A stretch of DNA of 33,458 nt from a virus (taxonomy: Duplodnaviria > Caudoviricetes). Within the stretch, counting starts at the first letter, position 1. Every line of letters begins with the position of its first letter. Position numbers and translations under genes: made by a program. This document shows positions 6,358 to 14,885 of the stretch, piece after piece. The stretch covers positions 1 to 33,458 of IMG/VR virus record IMGVR_UViG_3300017978_000269; one strand, 5' to 3'. The notes beneath the pieces were generated by a model. It was not told the DNA's origin. It made no database searches and worked only from the letters and a program-made list of their open reading frames with translations.

Positions 6358-7025
6358 CAACAAAGACATTTGCCGAACGCTGCACCCTGTCCGAGCAGTG
6401 CCTACCCGATGCGCCATACCGCGCCATGCTGACGAAGCTGCACGTCGAAATGCAAGCCGAGATCGAGCGTTTAAACAAAGCCCTGACGTGGGAGCAGAAC
6501 CGCGCTGGGCGCATCGGCACACACGGCCCCGGATGCCACACATGGGGGCCAGCGCACTACGAGTGTTTGTTGCGCGAGCATGAGCGCCTGAAGATCGAAA
6601 CCGCGCTCAACAAGATGGCAGAGAACGCCCGTGAGCTTGGGTTGAGTTATGACGATGAACCAAAGATCGGCTGTGTAAACCACGACTGTGACCAGTGCAA
6701 GGCTGTGCAGGAGCCTTTAGGCTACATCGCGTCAATGGCTGCAAATGATCTTCAAGCATCCATATACCGCGACGTGACTGTCTACGGCGAAGATTTGGAA
6801 GATACGGTTGCGATCTACACCACCCCACCCGCAGCACAGCCAGCACCTGTGCCGCTGACGGATGAGCAGATACAACTGGTCGTGAGCCAAGCTGTAAGCG
6901 CAGAAACTCTTTCGTGGCTTGGCTACAAGAAAGACGCTGACGGCAAGTACACAGTGCCTGTTCTGTCGCCATCTGATTATCAGTTCGCCCGAGCCATCGA
7001 AGCCGCCCACGGCATTAAGGCGTAA
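6354..7025 (+). CDS. Mosaic hypothetical phage protein
   Basis: ORF ending PLTDEQI...FARAIEAAHGI; Cys/His motifs internally. Confidence 0.75.
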   Translation: MTTKTFAERCTLSEQCLPDAPYRAMLTKLHVEMQAEIERLNKALTWEQNRAGRIGTHGPGCHTWGPAHYECLLREHERLKIETALNKMAENARELGLSYDDEPKIGCVNHDCDQCKAVQEPLGYIASMAANDLQASIYRDVTVYGEDLEDTVAIYTTPPAAQPAPVPLTDEQIQLVVSQAVSAETLSWLGYKKDADGKYTVPVLSPSDYQFARAIEAAHGIKA

Positions 7026-7028
7026 GAC

Positions 7029-7250
7029 ATGAGGCCCGATTACTGCCCTGTGGTCAATGAACCATGTCAAAAACTGTGCGATACGCCATGCAGCAAAACA
7101 ATGCAGCGTCAATGGGTTGGACTAGCGGATGATGAGATTTATTCTGTGCTTCAAAATTTACAAGTAATGTACAACCGCCCACCAACTACGGACAGCAGAA
7201 TAATTTTTGCCAGAGCCATCGAAGCCAAACTCAAGGAGCTGAACACATGA
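7029..7250 (+). CDS. Hypothetical protein (WVGL.DDEI...FARAIEAKLKE.N type)
   Basis: C-terminal module is paralogous to that of the preceding ORF. Confidence 0.75.
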   Translation: MRPDYCPVVNEPCQKLCDTPCSKTMQRQWVGLADDEIYSVLQNLQVMYNRPPTTDSRIIFARAIEAKLKELNT

Positions 7251-7348
7251 ACTGGCTGCTTCTAATGCAGATCGCCACATGGGTAATCGTGGGCGCTCTG
7301 GTTATGTTCTTGGGCCTGACCGTGACCGTTTGGATGATTGCTTTATGA
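7247..7348 (+). CDS. Small membrane peptide (33 aa)
   Basis: MNWLLLMQIATWVIVGALVMFLGLTVTVWMIAL; AAGGAG RBS and ATGA overlaps on both sides. Confidence 0.6.
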   Translation: MNWLLLMQIATWVIVGALVMFLGLTVTVWMIAL

Positions 7349-7824
7349 GAAAAAAATCAAAATACAAACCAAAACCAGTATTGCAAAACCCGTTGGGCTA
7401 TGTTTTGGACGGCATTGCACCTATCACGGCGCACAGCAAATACTTGGTCGAGTTGCAACTCAAGAACTCCAGCGCAATGGTCAACTTGATGCAAGGCAAG
7501 GCCACCAAGCAAGACATGAATATCATCATTGCCATGTCCAACATTGTGGAGGCGTTGTGTGAGTTGGGTTTTGGCAAAGAATATGCAAGCGTGGCCGTTG
7601 ACGGGCGCGAGGCGATTATTTCCATTGTCTATCGTGCGGTGGACAAATTCCGATTCGTGCCAACAGGCCCAGAGATTAAAGCGCTCAACACATTGATGGA
7701 ACTGCACGACGAGCAAATGCAAGTCATCACCGTGCGAGACATGGACAAGGCCATTGCTCATTCCAAAGAAAAGCTGCGAAACAAACGCGCAACCGTATTA
7801 CCTGAACCGAAAGAGATAGCATGA
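7345..7824 (+). CDS. Hypothetical protein
   Basis: MRKKSKYKPKPV... start inferred from the ATGA overlap. Confidence 0.75.
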   Translation: MRKKSKYKPKPVLQNPLGYVLDGIAPITAHSKYLVELQLKNSSAMVNLMQGKATKQDMNIIIAMSNIVEALCELGFGKEYASVAVDGREAIISIVYRAVDKFRFVPTGPEIKALNTLMELHDEQMQVITVRDMDKAIAHSKEKLRNKRATVLPEPKEIA

Positions 7825-8003
7825 AAATTGACGAAACCCTGTGGCCGCTTCCGTCTGCGTTTAACATACGTGAGGGCAGTCCTTTTGGCCGTTCACCTGC
7901 GTTTGTGAAATCCGCAAATCGCGCAGCAATCAGCGCCAAGGCAGGAATGGCCGCAGCACTCAAAACCAACGACCCAAAGAAAAAACGAGTCATCAAAAAA
8001 TGA
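7821..8003 (+). CDS. Small basic hypothetical protein
   Basis: 60-aa ORF with coupled overlaps. Confidence 0.6.
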   Translation: MKIDETLWPLPSAFNIREGSPFGRSPAFVKSANRAAISAKAGMAAALKTNDPKKKRVIKK

Positions 8004-8455
8004 GCATTGAATCAATCGCCCTTTGGCACAAACGCGCACGACCAGCACCAACGCAACGTGATTTTGACGTTCAACTTGGATGCCATCTTGAGGAAATCGT
8101 GGAGATGGTCGAAGCCTTGCGATTCAGCCACACAACGGGCAACGGCATTGAAATGCCCGGCAAAAACTCGGACATATATCAAGTGGTTAAGGCATATGCG
8201 GACGGCCTGAAAAGCGGACGCATGACAGCCACCATTGCCAACAAGGTTGATTTTGTGGATTCAGTGGCCGACCAAGTTGTCACGTCCGTTGGTGTTGGTC
8301 ATTGCGCCAACGCAAAAATTGTGAAGGCGCTGGACGTTGTGAACACGTCCAACTGGAGCAAATACAGTGAGAACGGCGAGCCGTATTTTGACCAGAACGG
8401 CAAGATTTTGAAGGGGCCGAATTACGTGCCTCCCGCGCTTGATTCGTGCATTTGA
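8000..8455 (+). CDS. MazG-like / PRA-PH NTP pyrophosphohydrolase
   Basis: LEEIVEM, DSVADQ, SNWSK and NGKILKGPNY motifs. Confidence 0.8.
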   Translation: MSIESIALWHKRARPAPTQRDFDVQLGCHLEEIVEMVEALRFSHTTGNGIEMPGKNSDIYQVVKAYADGLKSGRMTATIANKVDFVDSVADQVVTSVGVGHCANAKIVKALDVVNTSNWSKYSENGEPYFDQNGKILKGPNYVPPALDSCI

Positions 8456-8457
8456 AA

Positions 8458-8529
8458 TTGCGAGGCGTGGAATTGAACCACGTTCTTTAGGCTCCAAGGC
8501 CTAACGTCCTACCAATGAACGACCCCGCG
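8458..8529 (-). tRNA. tRNA-like gene with an 8-nt anticodon loop (CCUUGGAG); identity ambiguous (Pro UGG / Gln UUG / quadruplet UUGG)
   Basis: Cloverleaf CGCGGGG-UC-GUUC-AUUGGUA-GGAC-G-UUAGG-CCUUGGAG-CCUAA-AGAA-CGUGG-UUCAAUU-CCACG-CCUCGCA-A; C1:A72 mismatch; no encoded CCA. Confidence 0.85.
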
Positions 8530-8533
8530 AAAA

Positions 8534-9190
8534 TCAGGCAACCGCCATCACTGCATTGTAGCGGCGTTGGCGGTCCTCAAGTCCAATCGTGCCGCCGTTG
8601 ATTTTTTTGGTCAACGCCACAAAGTCGCCACTGTCGGCAATCGGGCCGCACTTGTTGACCGACCAGAACCAAGCCGCCGACATTGACGCACCCTCGGGCG
8701 ACAACAGCAGGTCAGGGTTTCCCACCAAATCCATGCCCAAGCCTTGCCCACAACGGGTGTAATTGTCTTTGCCTGTGAGTTGCTTTAGGCCACGGCCACG
8801 ATATCGCCAGCCATCGCCAGATTCAATGTTGCCGTTTGCCATGCGGTTGGCATAGACGGTATTGGCAATGGCCTCGGGTTGACGATGCAGCGCCAGCGCG
8901 AACTTGTTTGGCTGATTCTTGCCCTTGACCTTAATGGGCTTTTTATCTGGCCCCATTACGGCAAACCGACCCGGCCAAACAGCGGCCATCGTGTCGGCGC
9001 TGTAATTCAGGTTCTCGGTCAAGGTTTTGAACCCTGCCGATTCATGGGCGCATTGAGCAATCCAAGCCGCCACCTGACGCTTGGTTGTGATGCCAAAGCG
9101 CTCCAAGGCCACCTGCACATGGGGCAACCAGCGGTCAGCCAGTTCGCGGTTTACGCCAGCGGCCACAAGATGCTCAAGCGTGGGTCTCAT
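8534..9190 (-). CDS. Endolysin, glycoside hydrolase family 19
   Basis: AQCAHES, ENLNYS, GDGWRYRGRGLKQLTGKDNY and TKKINGG motifs. Confidence 0.93.
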   Translation of the reverse strand: MRPTLEHLVAAGVNRELADRWLPHVQVALERFGITTKRQVAAWIAQCAHESAGFKTLTENLNYSADTMAAVWPGRFAVMGPDKKPIKVKGKNQPNKFALALHRQPEAIANTVYANRMANGNIESGDGWRYRGRGLKQLTGKDNYTRCGQGLGMDLVGNPDLLLSPEGASMSAAWFWSVNKCGPIADSGDFVALTKKINGGTIGLEDRQRRYNAVMAVA

Positions 9191-9678
9191 TTTTTGTCCT
9201 TTGCACGACTGCCAAGCGATGAGCCAAGCAAGAACTGGAACATGGACGCAACCATCGTGCCCAACACAAAGCCCAAGATTGTGTCGGCAAAACGCACGTT
9301 GCTTTCAGGAATGTTGCCAAACGTGATAAAGCCAATATAAAGCGCCGACAGGATAGACCACCCGCCAATAAAGTAATAGACAAAGCGGCGCACCAGCGGG
9401 TCATCCGACTGCATGGCGGTCAACTGCATATTGCGAGCGCCTTCCATGTTTTTGAGGTCAATCTCGGCCATAAATTCTTCATGCTTCATGGCGGCTTCTT
9501 GCAGGGACTTTGTGTCCTCATCGGTCATTTGATCTTCGGGTTTGAGCTTCACGCCCAACTTTTCTTCCACGGCCTCAACGCCTTTTTCCATGACGGCATC
9601 TGCCACCTTGGGCAAGCCTCGGTCAATCAGGCCCGAGACGATGGACATAACCATTGGGTTAGCGAGCAGTGGCAACAT
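9187..9678 (-). CDS. Holin-like membrane protein
   Basis: Two C-terminal TM helices ending FLLGSSLGSRAKD; directly upstream of the endolysin. Confidence 0.7.
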   Translation of the reverse strand: MLPLLANPMVMSIVSGLIDRGLPKVADAVMEKGVEAVEEKLGVKLKPEDQMTDEDTKSLQEAAMKHEEFMAEIDLKNMEGARNMQLTAMQSDDPLVRRFVYYFIGGWSILSALYIGFITFGNIPESNVRFADTILGFVLGTMVASMFQFLLGSSLGSRAKDKK

Positions 9679-9941
9679 CATTCAGCCTCTTTTGTTTCTG
9701 GTTTTGCATCATCGGTTGGTGGCTTTTTGTTCATTGCCAACAACGTGCCCAACGAGCCAACAATGAACGTGGCGATGGGAGTGATTAGCTCAAAGAACTT
9801 TGCGTCGATGGGGGCCATTGCGTTCATGGGTTGGGTCACAAAGACCAGCGAGTAAAGCACCACGCCGACAATGCCCATGAGAGTAATTGAAAGCGTGATG
9901 CCGATGGCGAAACGCAGTTTGGTGTCGAGGTCACTTTGCAT
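9678..9941 (-). CDS. Two-TM membrane protein
   Basis: Two hydrophobic helices flanking QPMNAMAPIDAKFFELITP. Confidence 0.75.
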   Translation of the reverse strand: MQSDLDTKLRFAIGITLSITLMGIVGVVLYSLVFVTQPMNAMAPIDAKFFELITPIATFIVGSLGTLLAMNKKPPTDDAKPETKEAE

Positions 9942-10107
9942 CAAGTTCTCCAATCAGGTATTTGGTGCAAGTGCCGTTGGCCTCACACACAGGGGGGTTG
10001 CAGGATGGGGACGAAAAATTGGCAGGGTCTTGGCATGGGTATCGGTATGCGTCCGAGCAAGCGGTCAACGCAAGCGCGGCCAGTGCCAACAAAATGGATT
10101 GCTTCAT
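9931..10107 (-). CDS. Small Cys-rich lipoprotein (58 aa)
   Basis: Hand translation MKQSILLALAALALTAC-SDAYRYPCQDPANFSSPSCNPPVCEANGTCTKYLIGELDAK; lipobox LTAC; GGAGG RBS. Not in the ORF track. Confidence 0.8.
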   Translation of the reverse strand: MKQSILLALAALALTACSDAYRYPCQDPANFSSPSCNPPVCEANGTCTKYLIGELDAK

Positions 10108-10110
10108 GGC

Positions 10111-10578
10111 TTACCTCCCGAGCGGGTTTGTGGTTGCGCGTTTCAGTCCGGCCATTTCGTTTCGCAACGATGCCGTGACTGATTCAAGCTCACGTTTGAT
10201 GGCCTCCAAACGGGTTTGCACTTCACGGCTCACGGCGGCAGCGTCTGACGATGCACTGCCAGCCACCGCTTTGGCCTCACGCGATAGCGCAATGGCGTTT
10301 GTCATGCTTTCAGTCAGGCGCACCAACGTGTCGGACGTTGCCAGTTGGCGCTCCTTTGCGGCCTTCATTTCAACCTCAAGCACTTGGAGCCGCGACTTTA
10401 AATCCGTGTCGTTGTATTGCTCAAACGCTTCAACTTGCTCAATGGCCGTCATTGCGCGGTTATACAGCGTCACGCCGTAATATCCACCAGAGCCAAGCGC
10501 ACCAATCACGGACACAAGCCCCGCAATAATCATCGTTGGCGACAACGTAAGGCTGAACGTCTTTGCTTCGTCACTCAT
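10111..10578 (-). CDS. Membrane-anchored coiled-coil protein (i-spanin-like topology)
   Basis: N-terminal TM, long helical region, ends TTNPLGR. Confidence 0.7.
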   Translation of the reverse strand: MSDEAKTFSLTLSPTMIIAGLVSVIGALGSGGYYGVTLYNRAMTAIEQVEAFEQYNDTDLKSRLQVLEVEMKAAKERQLATSDTLVRLTESMTNAIALSREAKAVAGSASSDAAAVSREVQTRLEAIKRELESVTASLRNEMAGLKRATTNPLGR

Positions 10579-11563
10579 AACCGCTTCCCTGAATTGTGTT
10601 GCTGTTGATTATCTGTTGAAAAATCTGGTTTTGCACGTCTGCCAAACCTTCAAAATTGCCATTCACCGTGAACAAGCCCATCACCAAGTCCTGTTGTTTT
10701 TTTACATCATCAGGCATTTGTTGGCTCAAGGTCAGCGTTTCAATGATTGTCGGCTGCGGTGGTAGCGCACCGATCATCGTCAGGCGTTGAACCATTGCCG
10801 CCGCCTTCGCACCAGTCCCGGCATTGGACGCTGGCGCACTGTTGGCCGCTGACGGGGCAACGGGCGCGGGTGTGTTCGCTGGCGCATCGTTGCTTTGTGC
10901 TGGCGTTTCCTGCGGGGTTTCCGCTGGTGTCTCCATTGTCGTCATCGGCGCAGGTGTTGGCACAGTTGCAGGTGCGCTCGGCATGGCGGGGGCACTTATG
11001 GGGCTGACTGGTGACAGCGGGTTGGTTGGATTCGTGACCGACTTGGTGCATGAATCGCTCACGAGGTTCCATTGGCCCCAGACCGCTTGGCCGTAGGGGT
11101 CGGGGCAGACGCTTTGGCGCGTGTAGTCTTTTTGCCCGATGAATCCGGCTTGGCAGCTTTCGGTTTTGCTTTCGGTGCTGGTTTGGCAGCTTGGCGGGTT
11201 CGGGGTGCAGTTGCTTTGGGTTTGCCACTCGCCCCAGACGGGCTGGCCGTAGGGGTCGGGGCAGGTGCTTTGTCGGATTCGGGTAACAGTCCCAGAGGTA
11301 TTGGCAGGGCAGGAACCTTGCTCACTCTCGGTGCTGGTCTGACAGGTTGGCGCGGGAGGGGGCGCTGGTGGGACGTAGTTTCCGCAGAACAGTGATTGCC
11401 AGTTTGGGTCGTAGGCTCCGGGCACACACGCCCAACAGTCGGAGTTTGCGATGCAATAGTTCCGACCTTGGAGGTCCACCATCCACGGAGTTGTGCAATA
11501 GCACGCCCAAGCATCACTTGGCTTCCACAGCAGGAGCAACAGGAGGAGTCCAAGCCTTGCCAT
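10571..11563 (-). CDS. Secreted Cys-rich repeat protein with Pro/Ala/Thr linker
   Basis: Signal peptide and two 52-aa repeats CQTSTES...C...RQSxCPDPYGQxVWGxW...CT. Confidence 0.75.
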   Translation of the reverse strand: MARLGLLLLLLLWKPSDAWACYCTTPWMVDLQGRNYCIANSDCWACVPGAYDPNWQSLFCGNYVPPAPPPAPTCQTSTESEQGSCPANTSGTVTRIRQSTCPDPYGQPVWGEWQTQSNCTPNPPSCQTSTESKTESCQAGFIGQKDYTRQSVCPDPYGQAVWGQWNLVSDSCTKSVTNPTNPLSPVSPISAPAMPSAPATVPTPAPMTTMETPAETPQETPAQSNDAPANTPAPVAPSAANSAPASNAGTGAKAAAMVQRLTMIGALPPQPTIIETLTLSQQMPDDVKKQQDLVMGLFTVNGNFEGLADVQNQIFQQIINSNTIQGSGYE

Positions 11564-11984
11564 ATAACTCCTTGAATCGGTCAGGTGTTATCGCCCACCA
11601 AGCAAGACGCGCCGGGTCACCAATCGCGCCACCAATGGGGCATGGGCTACCGCTCATTTCCATTGCGTCCCAAACGCGCTTGTCTTGGCACAGCATGGCA
11701 ACAGCGGCCACCTTTAAGCCTTGGTCTGACAGCGCCCGAGCGAGTTTGATGCGTTCACAGTTTGCGTCAGTGATGGTCGTGCCGCCAGCAAAGCCAATGA
11801 CCGTGGAACTAATTGCACCCGAAACTGGAATGGCGCAAATGTCATTGCCCATTGAAGTAACGGACGGGGCCATTGCCGTTGGCGGTGGTTGGCCTTTGTA
11901 ATTGATGGTGGTGTCTTGCGCGTATGCGGTGCTGGTGAGGACAGCAAACAATGCAACCAAAAACCTAACTACAACGGCGGTCAT
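11514..11984 (-). CDS. Conserved secreted phage protein (CERIKLAR...LCQD.RV..AM...GSPCP type)
   Basis: Signal peptide ending AYA-Q and four Cys; start from the ATGA overlap. Confidence 0.75.
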   Translation of the reverse strand: MTAVVVRFLVALFAVLTSTAYAQDTTINYKGQPPPTAMAPSVTSMGNDICAIPVSGAISSTVIGFAGGTTITDANCERIKLARALSDQGLKVAAVAMLCQDKRVWDAMEMSGSPCPIGGAIGDPARLAWWAITPDRFKELYGKAWTPPVAPAVEAK

Positions 11985-12211
11985 GGCTTGAACTTGACGT
12001 GTTCCCACGCTGCACCAATGGCAACAAATAAACCACCAATCCACAGGATTGGCTTTGCGGCTTTGGCAAGCCATTCAAGAACAGTAAACGCACCTTGGGC
12101 AGCATTGAAAGCATTGACGATGCCTTCCGTGTCCATGTAAATCTTGTCCACCTTGGATTCAACAGCGCAAAGGCGGTCATAGATTTCTTTGTGAGTTACT
12201 TCCTCGGCCAT
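11981..12211 (-). CDS. Small coiled-coil plus TM protein, holin/XhlA-like
   Basis: IYDRLCAVESKVDKI followed by a C-terminal TM segment; AGGAG RBS. Confidence 0.65.
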   Translation of the reverse strand: MAEEVTHKEIYDRLCAVESKVDKIYMDTEGIVNAFNAAQGAFTVLEWLAKAAKPILWIGGLFVAIGAAWEHVKFKP

Positions 12212-12225
12212 CGGTTGCTCCTGCG

Positions 12226-12609
12226 TCAGTTTGGTTTAATAGGCCATTGAATGTCGGTTGGGAAGCCCGACTGTTCTGGCACATCGCGTAAGGCTTGACG
12301 GTATGGAGCCCACAAGTCCTTTGTGGCTTGCGGCACGTCTGCGGCTTGCGTCCAATCGGTTGAGGCCAGCAATGCGTTACGCTGCGACCGTGCAGCGGCT
12401 GAAAGTTCTTTAGTTGTTGGTGGTGGTGTTGGCACGTATTCAGCCACGTCACTTTGCACCAAAGCGGCAAAGATTTCGCGTCCATGCGCTTCTAAATCGT
12501 CAGGCGATGCGGTGAATGGAATCCATCCATAAGTTGGGTGGTTGATTTCGCAGTCAATCATTGTGTGTTCTGCGTTTGCCCATATTTGGTTTCGAGTTTT
12601 TATTTGCAT
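12226..12609 (-). CDS. Tail fibre assembly chaperone
   Basis: GWIPFTASPDD, RSQRNALLASTDWTQ, YRQALRDVPEQSGFP..IQWP motifs. Confidence 0.85.
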   Translation of the reverse strand: MQIKTRNQIWANAEHTMIDCEINHPTYGWIPFTASPDDLEAHGREIFAALVQSDVAEYVPTPPPTTKELSAAARSQRNALLASTDWTQAADVPQATKDLWAPYRQALRDVPEQSGFPTDIQWPIKPN

Positions 12610-12621
12610 AATTCAATTCTT

Positions 12622-13113
12622 TTATGAAATGCGTAAAAACAAAGTTCCAGCGCTGTATTCAATTGTGTCATCTCCGCTTGTATATGAAACAAAAGGCGCA
12701 TATCCCATACATCTCCATGTTCCAGAAGGCGATCCACCCGTGCCGATATTTGGAGCGGCTGTTCCGGAAAATCTATAAATATTACCACTGTGATTTCTAA
12801 GAATCGGGCCACCTTGATAACCCAAACTAGAACCTGCAAAAGTGCTTCCGGGTGATATTGTTCCACTCCCTGAAGTTCTTATCAAAAAAGCATAAGTTCC
12901 AACAGCGCCGACAGAAGCGCCAGCGGTTGCAGCCAGAACGTTTGTTGTATTCATACGTTCTAAGCTGGTGATTGCCGCGGTTTGTATTTGTGGCGCACCA
13001 CTTGCACCCTCAGACAATGCAATGATGTTTTCTTTGATGGCAATAATGTCCACCGAACGAATCGGGTCTCCGGGTTCCAGAACCGTGCTTGATACGTTTG
13101 TCCACGTTGCCAT
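12622..13113 (-). CDS. Short tail fibre / receptor-binding tip protein
   Basis: VGAVGTYAFL...PSGTWRCMG...TLFLRIS C-terminus; precedes the chaperone. Confidence 0.7.
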   Translation of the reverse strand: MATWTNVSSTVLEPGDPIRSVDIIAIKENIIALSEGASGAPQIQTAAITSLERMNTTNVLAATAGASVGAVGTYAFLIRTSGSGTISPGSTFAGSSLGYQGGPILRNHSGNIYRFSGTAAPNIGTGGSPSGTWRCMGYAPFVSYTSGDDTIEYSAGTLFLRIS

Positions 13114-14882
13114 TATTGGTACTCCCAACCATTTGTGCTGTCAGGCATCAGCCCATTTTCATCAGCGTAAAAAGACAATCTTTGTTCTGTAATTTCTTCT
13201 GGTGTGTAATCTTCATAATGCAATGCATCGTTTTCCGTGTAAAAACCCACACGCGCCACACGGATTGCGAAGCTCTGCAACTGATACTCCACCACCTCGC
13301 CCGGCTGCACTTCTTCTGCCGAGAGAATTTGATAACGCTCAAACTGCGGCACACCAAACGGGTCAACAATGTTGCGGTGCTGCACTGTCAACACATCGCC
13401 CGTCCAGTAGCTGCGGTCTTTTGCGTCCACGCGCAATTTTAAAGTCTTTGGGTTGTCAATGGCAAATTCCAAAAACCTTGTGCCAAGAATAATTGCCTGT
13501 GCATCAGTCTGAATCCAACGGGCAAAAATCTTGCGAATCTTGGCCTCGCCGTATTTGTTAGGGCTTTCTGCGTCCGTGTCAGCACGAATCCGCAAGCTGT
13601 CATAGTTGGCCTCGTTGTCCAGCGGCAATGCGGCGTTGCGCTGGTTCCAGTAAATCCACAACTGGCTGATACGTTCTTTGGGGTCGGTTGTGATGCTGAC
13701 GCTGTTTTCCAGAATGTTGGCATCGTCATTGATTGAGCCAGCATTGGGGATTGCACGGAACGCCCGGAACTTGATTTTTTGGCTGCGCTCGTCCCACCAG
13801 ATGTAGGCCAAGACTTGCTGCAAAATTTCTGCAAGCACTGTACCAACGCCCGTGGGTTTGCTCAACAGGCTTGTGATGTTGAAGCCCACCAGCCATGTAT
13901 CGCCTTCCAAGTCCCATTCGTCTTTGTCGATAAAGGCGGCGGGAATCTTGGCGTATGTGACCAACAGGTCATAAATCACGTCCCAAATTGTTTGGTCGGT
14001 GTAGCGAACGCATCCTTGCACGTTTGCATCAACAGCGTGTGATGCAACAACAGACCCATCAGTGGCGCGTGTGATTCCACTCAAACGCACGTAATCCGTG
14101 CCGCTGATATTGACCAGCGCCCGTGTGGTGTAGGTCATTATTTCGTCACCAAGGCGCACAGTGCCCGATACCGCATAGTCCGTCAGCACGGCGTTGGCAA
14201 TGTCGATCTGCGTGTCAGTGGTGTTGATTGCCGTCAGCAATTTACCCTGCACCGCTACGGGCACTTGGGCTTTTTCTTTGTCGGCAAGGTTCAGCGGGTC
14301 TTTGGCCGTCAGTTTGACGCTGCCATTGGCATCTGGGCCGTTGATTGCGTCAATCAGGTAGTGGCGCACGTTCATGTCTGCCAATTCTTGCCCGATGTAC
14401 CCGTCATAAATCCGCACAGGACGGTTCTGGTAATACGGGTTCCGTGCCAGCCACTTTGCCCAAAACGATGAACGCTCAAACGGGTTGTAACTACGTTCTT
14501 CAACGTATGGGTCAACCCGAAAATCCGAATGGGGATGGTCTTGGAACGTCAGCGAAGCAACCGCCCGTTGCCCAAGGGCCGAGGTGTTTTTGTTATTGTT
14601 CGATGGATTGATGACCGATGGCGCAGTGCTGCTCTGCACCAGCGATGGAATGATATTTTCATCCGTGGGCAGGTTTACTTGCGGCTTGGCAAAAGTCAGC
14701 GTCAGCACGCCTTTGTCGTAATTCGCAGGGTCTTCGCAGGTCTTGCGCGTGTTGAAGCATTTGACCGAACCACTGGCCGTGCAAGGGGCAACCCCATAGG
14801 AGTTTTGGCAAAAGTCTTGGTCGATTTGAACCAATACGATTGGCTCGCGTCCGACTTTTTTTTCTGGTGGTTGCGTTGCCAT
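13113..14882 (-). CDS. Tail tip / hub structural protein
   Basis: 589 aa, Cys cluster near the N-terminus (C..C..CFNT..TC); position in the tail module. Confidence 0.65.
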   Translation of the reverse strand: MATQPPEKKVGREPIVLVQIDQDFCQNSYGVAPCTASGSVKCFNTRKTCEDPANYDKGVLTLTFAKPQVNLPTDENIIPSLVQSSTAPSVINPSNNNKNTSALGQRAVASLTFQDHPHSDFRVDPYVEERSYNPFERSSFWAKWLARNPYYQNRPVRIYDGYIGQELADMNVRHYLIDAINGPDANGSVKLTAKDPLNLADKEKAQVPVAVQGKLLTAINTTDTQIDIANAVLTDYAVSGTVRLGDEIMTYTTRALVNISGTDYVRLSGITRATDGSVVASHAVDANVQGCVRYTDQTIWDVIYDLLVTYAKIPAAFIDKDEWDLEGDTWLVGFNITSLLSKPTGVGTVLAEILQQVLAYIWWDERSQKIKFRAFRAIPNAGSINDDANILENSVSITTDPKERISQLWIYWNQRNAALPLDNEANYDSLRIRADTDAESPNKYGEAKIRKIFARWIQTDAQAIILGTRFLEFAIDNPKTLKLRVDAKDRSYWTGDVLTVQHRNIVDPFGVPQFERYQILSAEEVQPGEVVEYQLQSFAIRVARVGFYTENDALHYEDYTPEEITEQRLSFYADENGLMPDSTNGWEYQ

Positions 14883-14885
14883 TTT

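Noticed and set aside
8458-8529. tRNA as an attP or prophage boundary
   Set aside because: No integrase, no duplicated tRNA 3' end and no host genes in the window.
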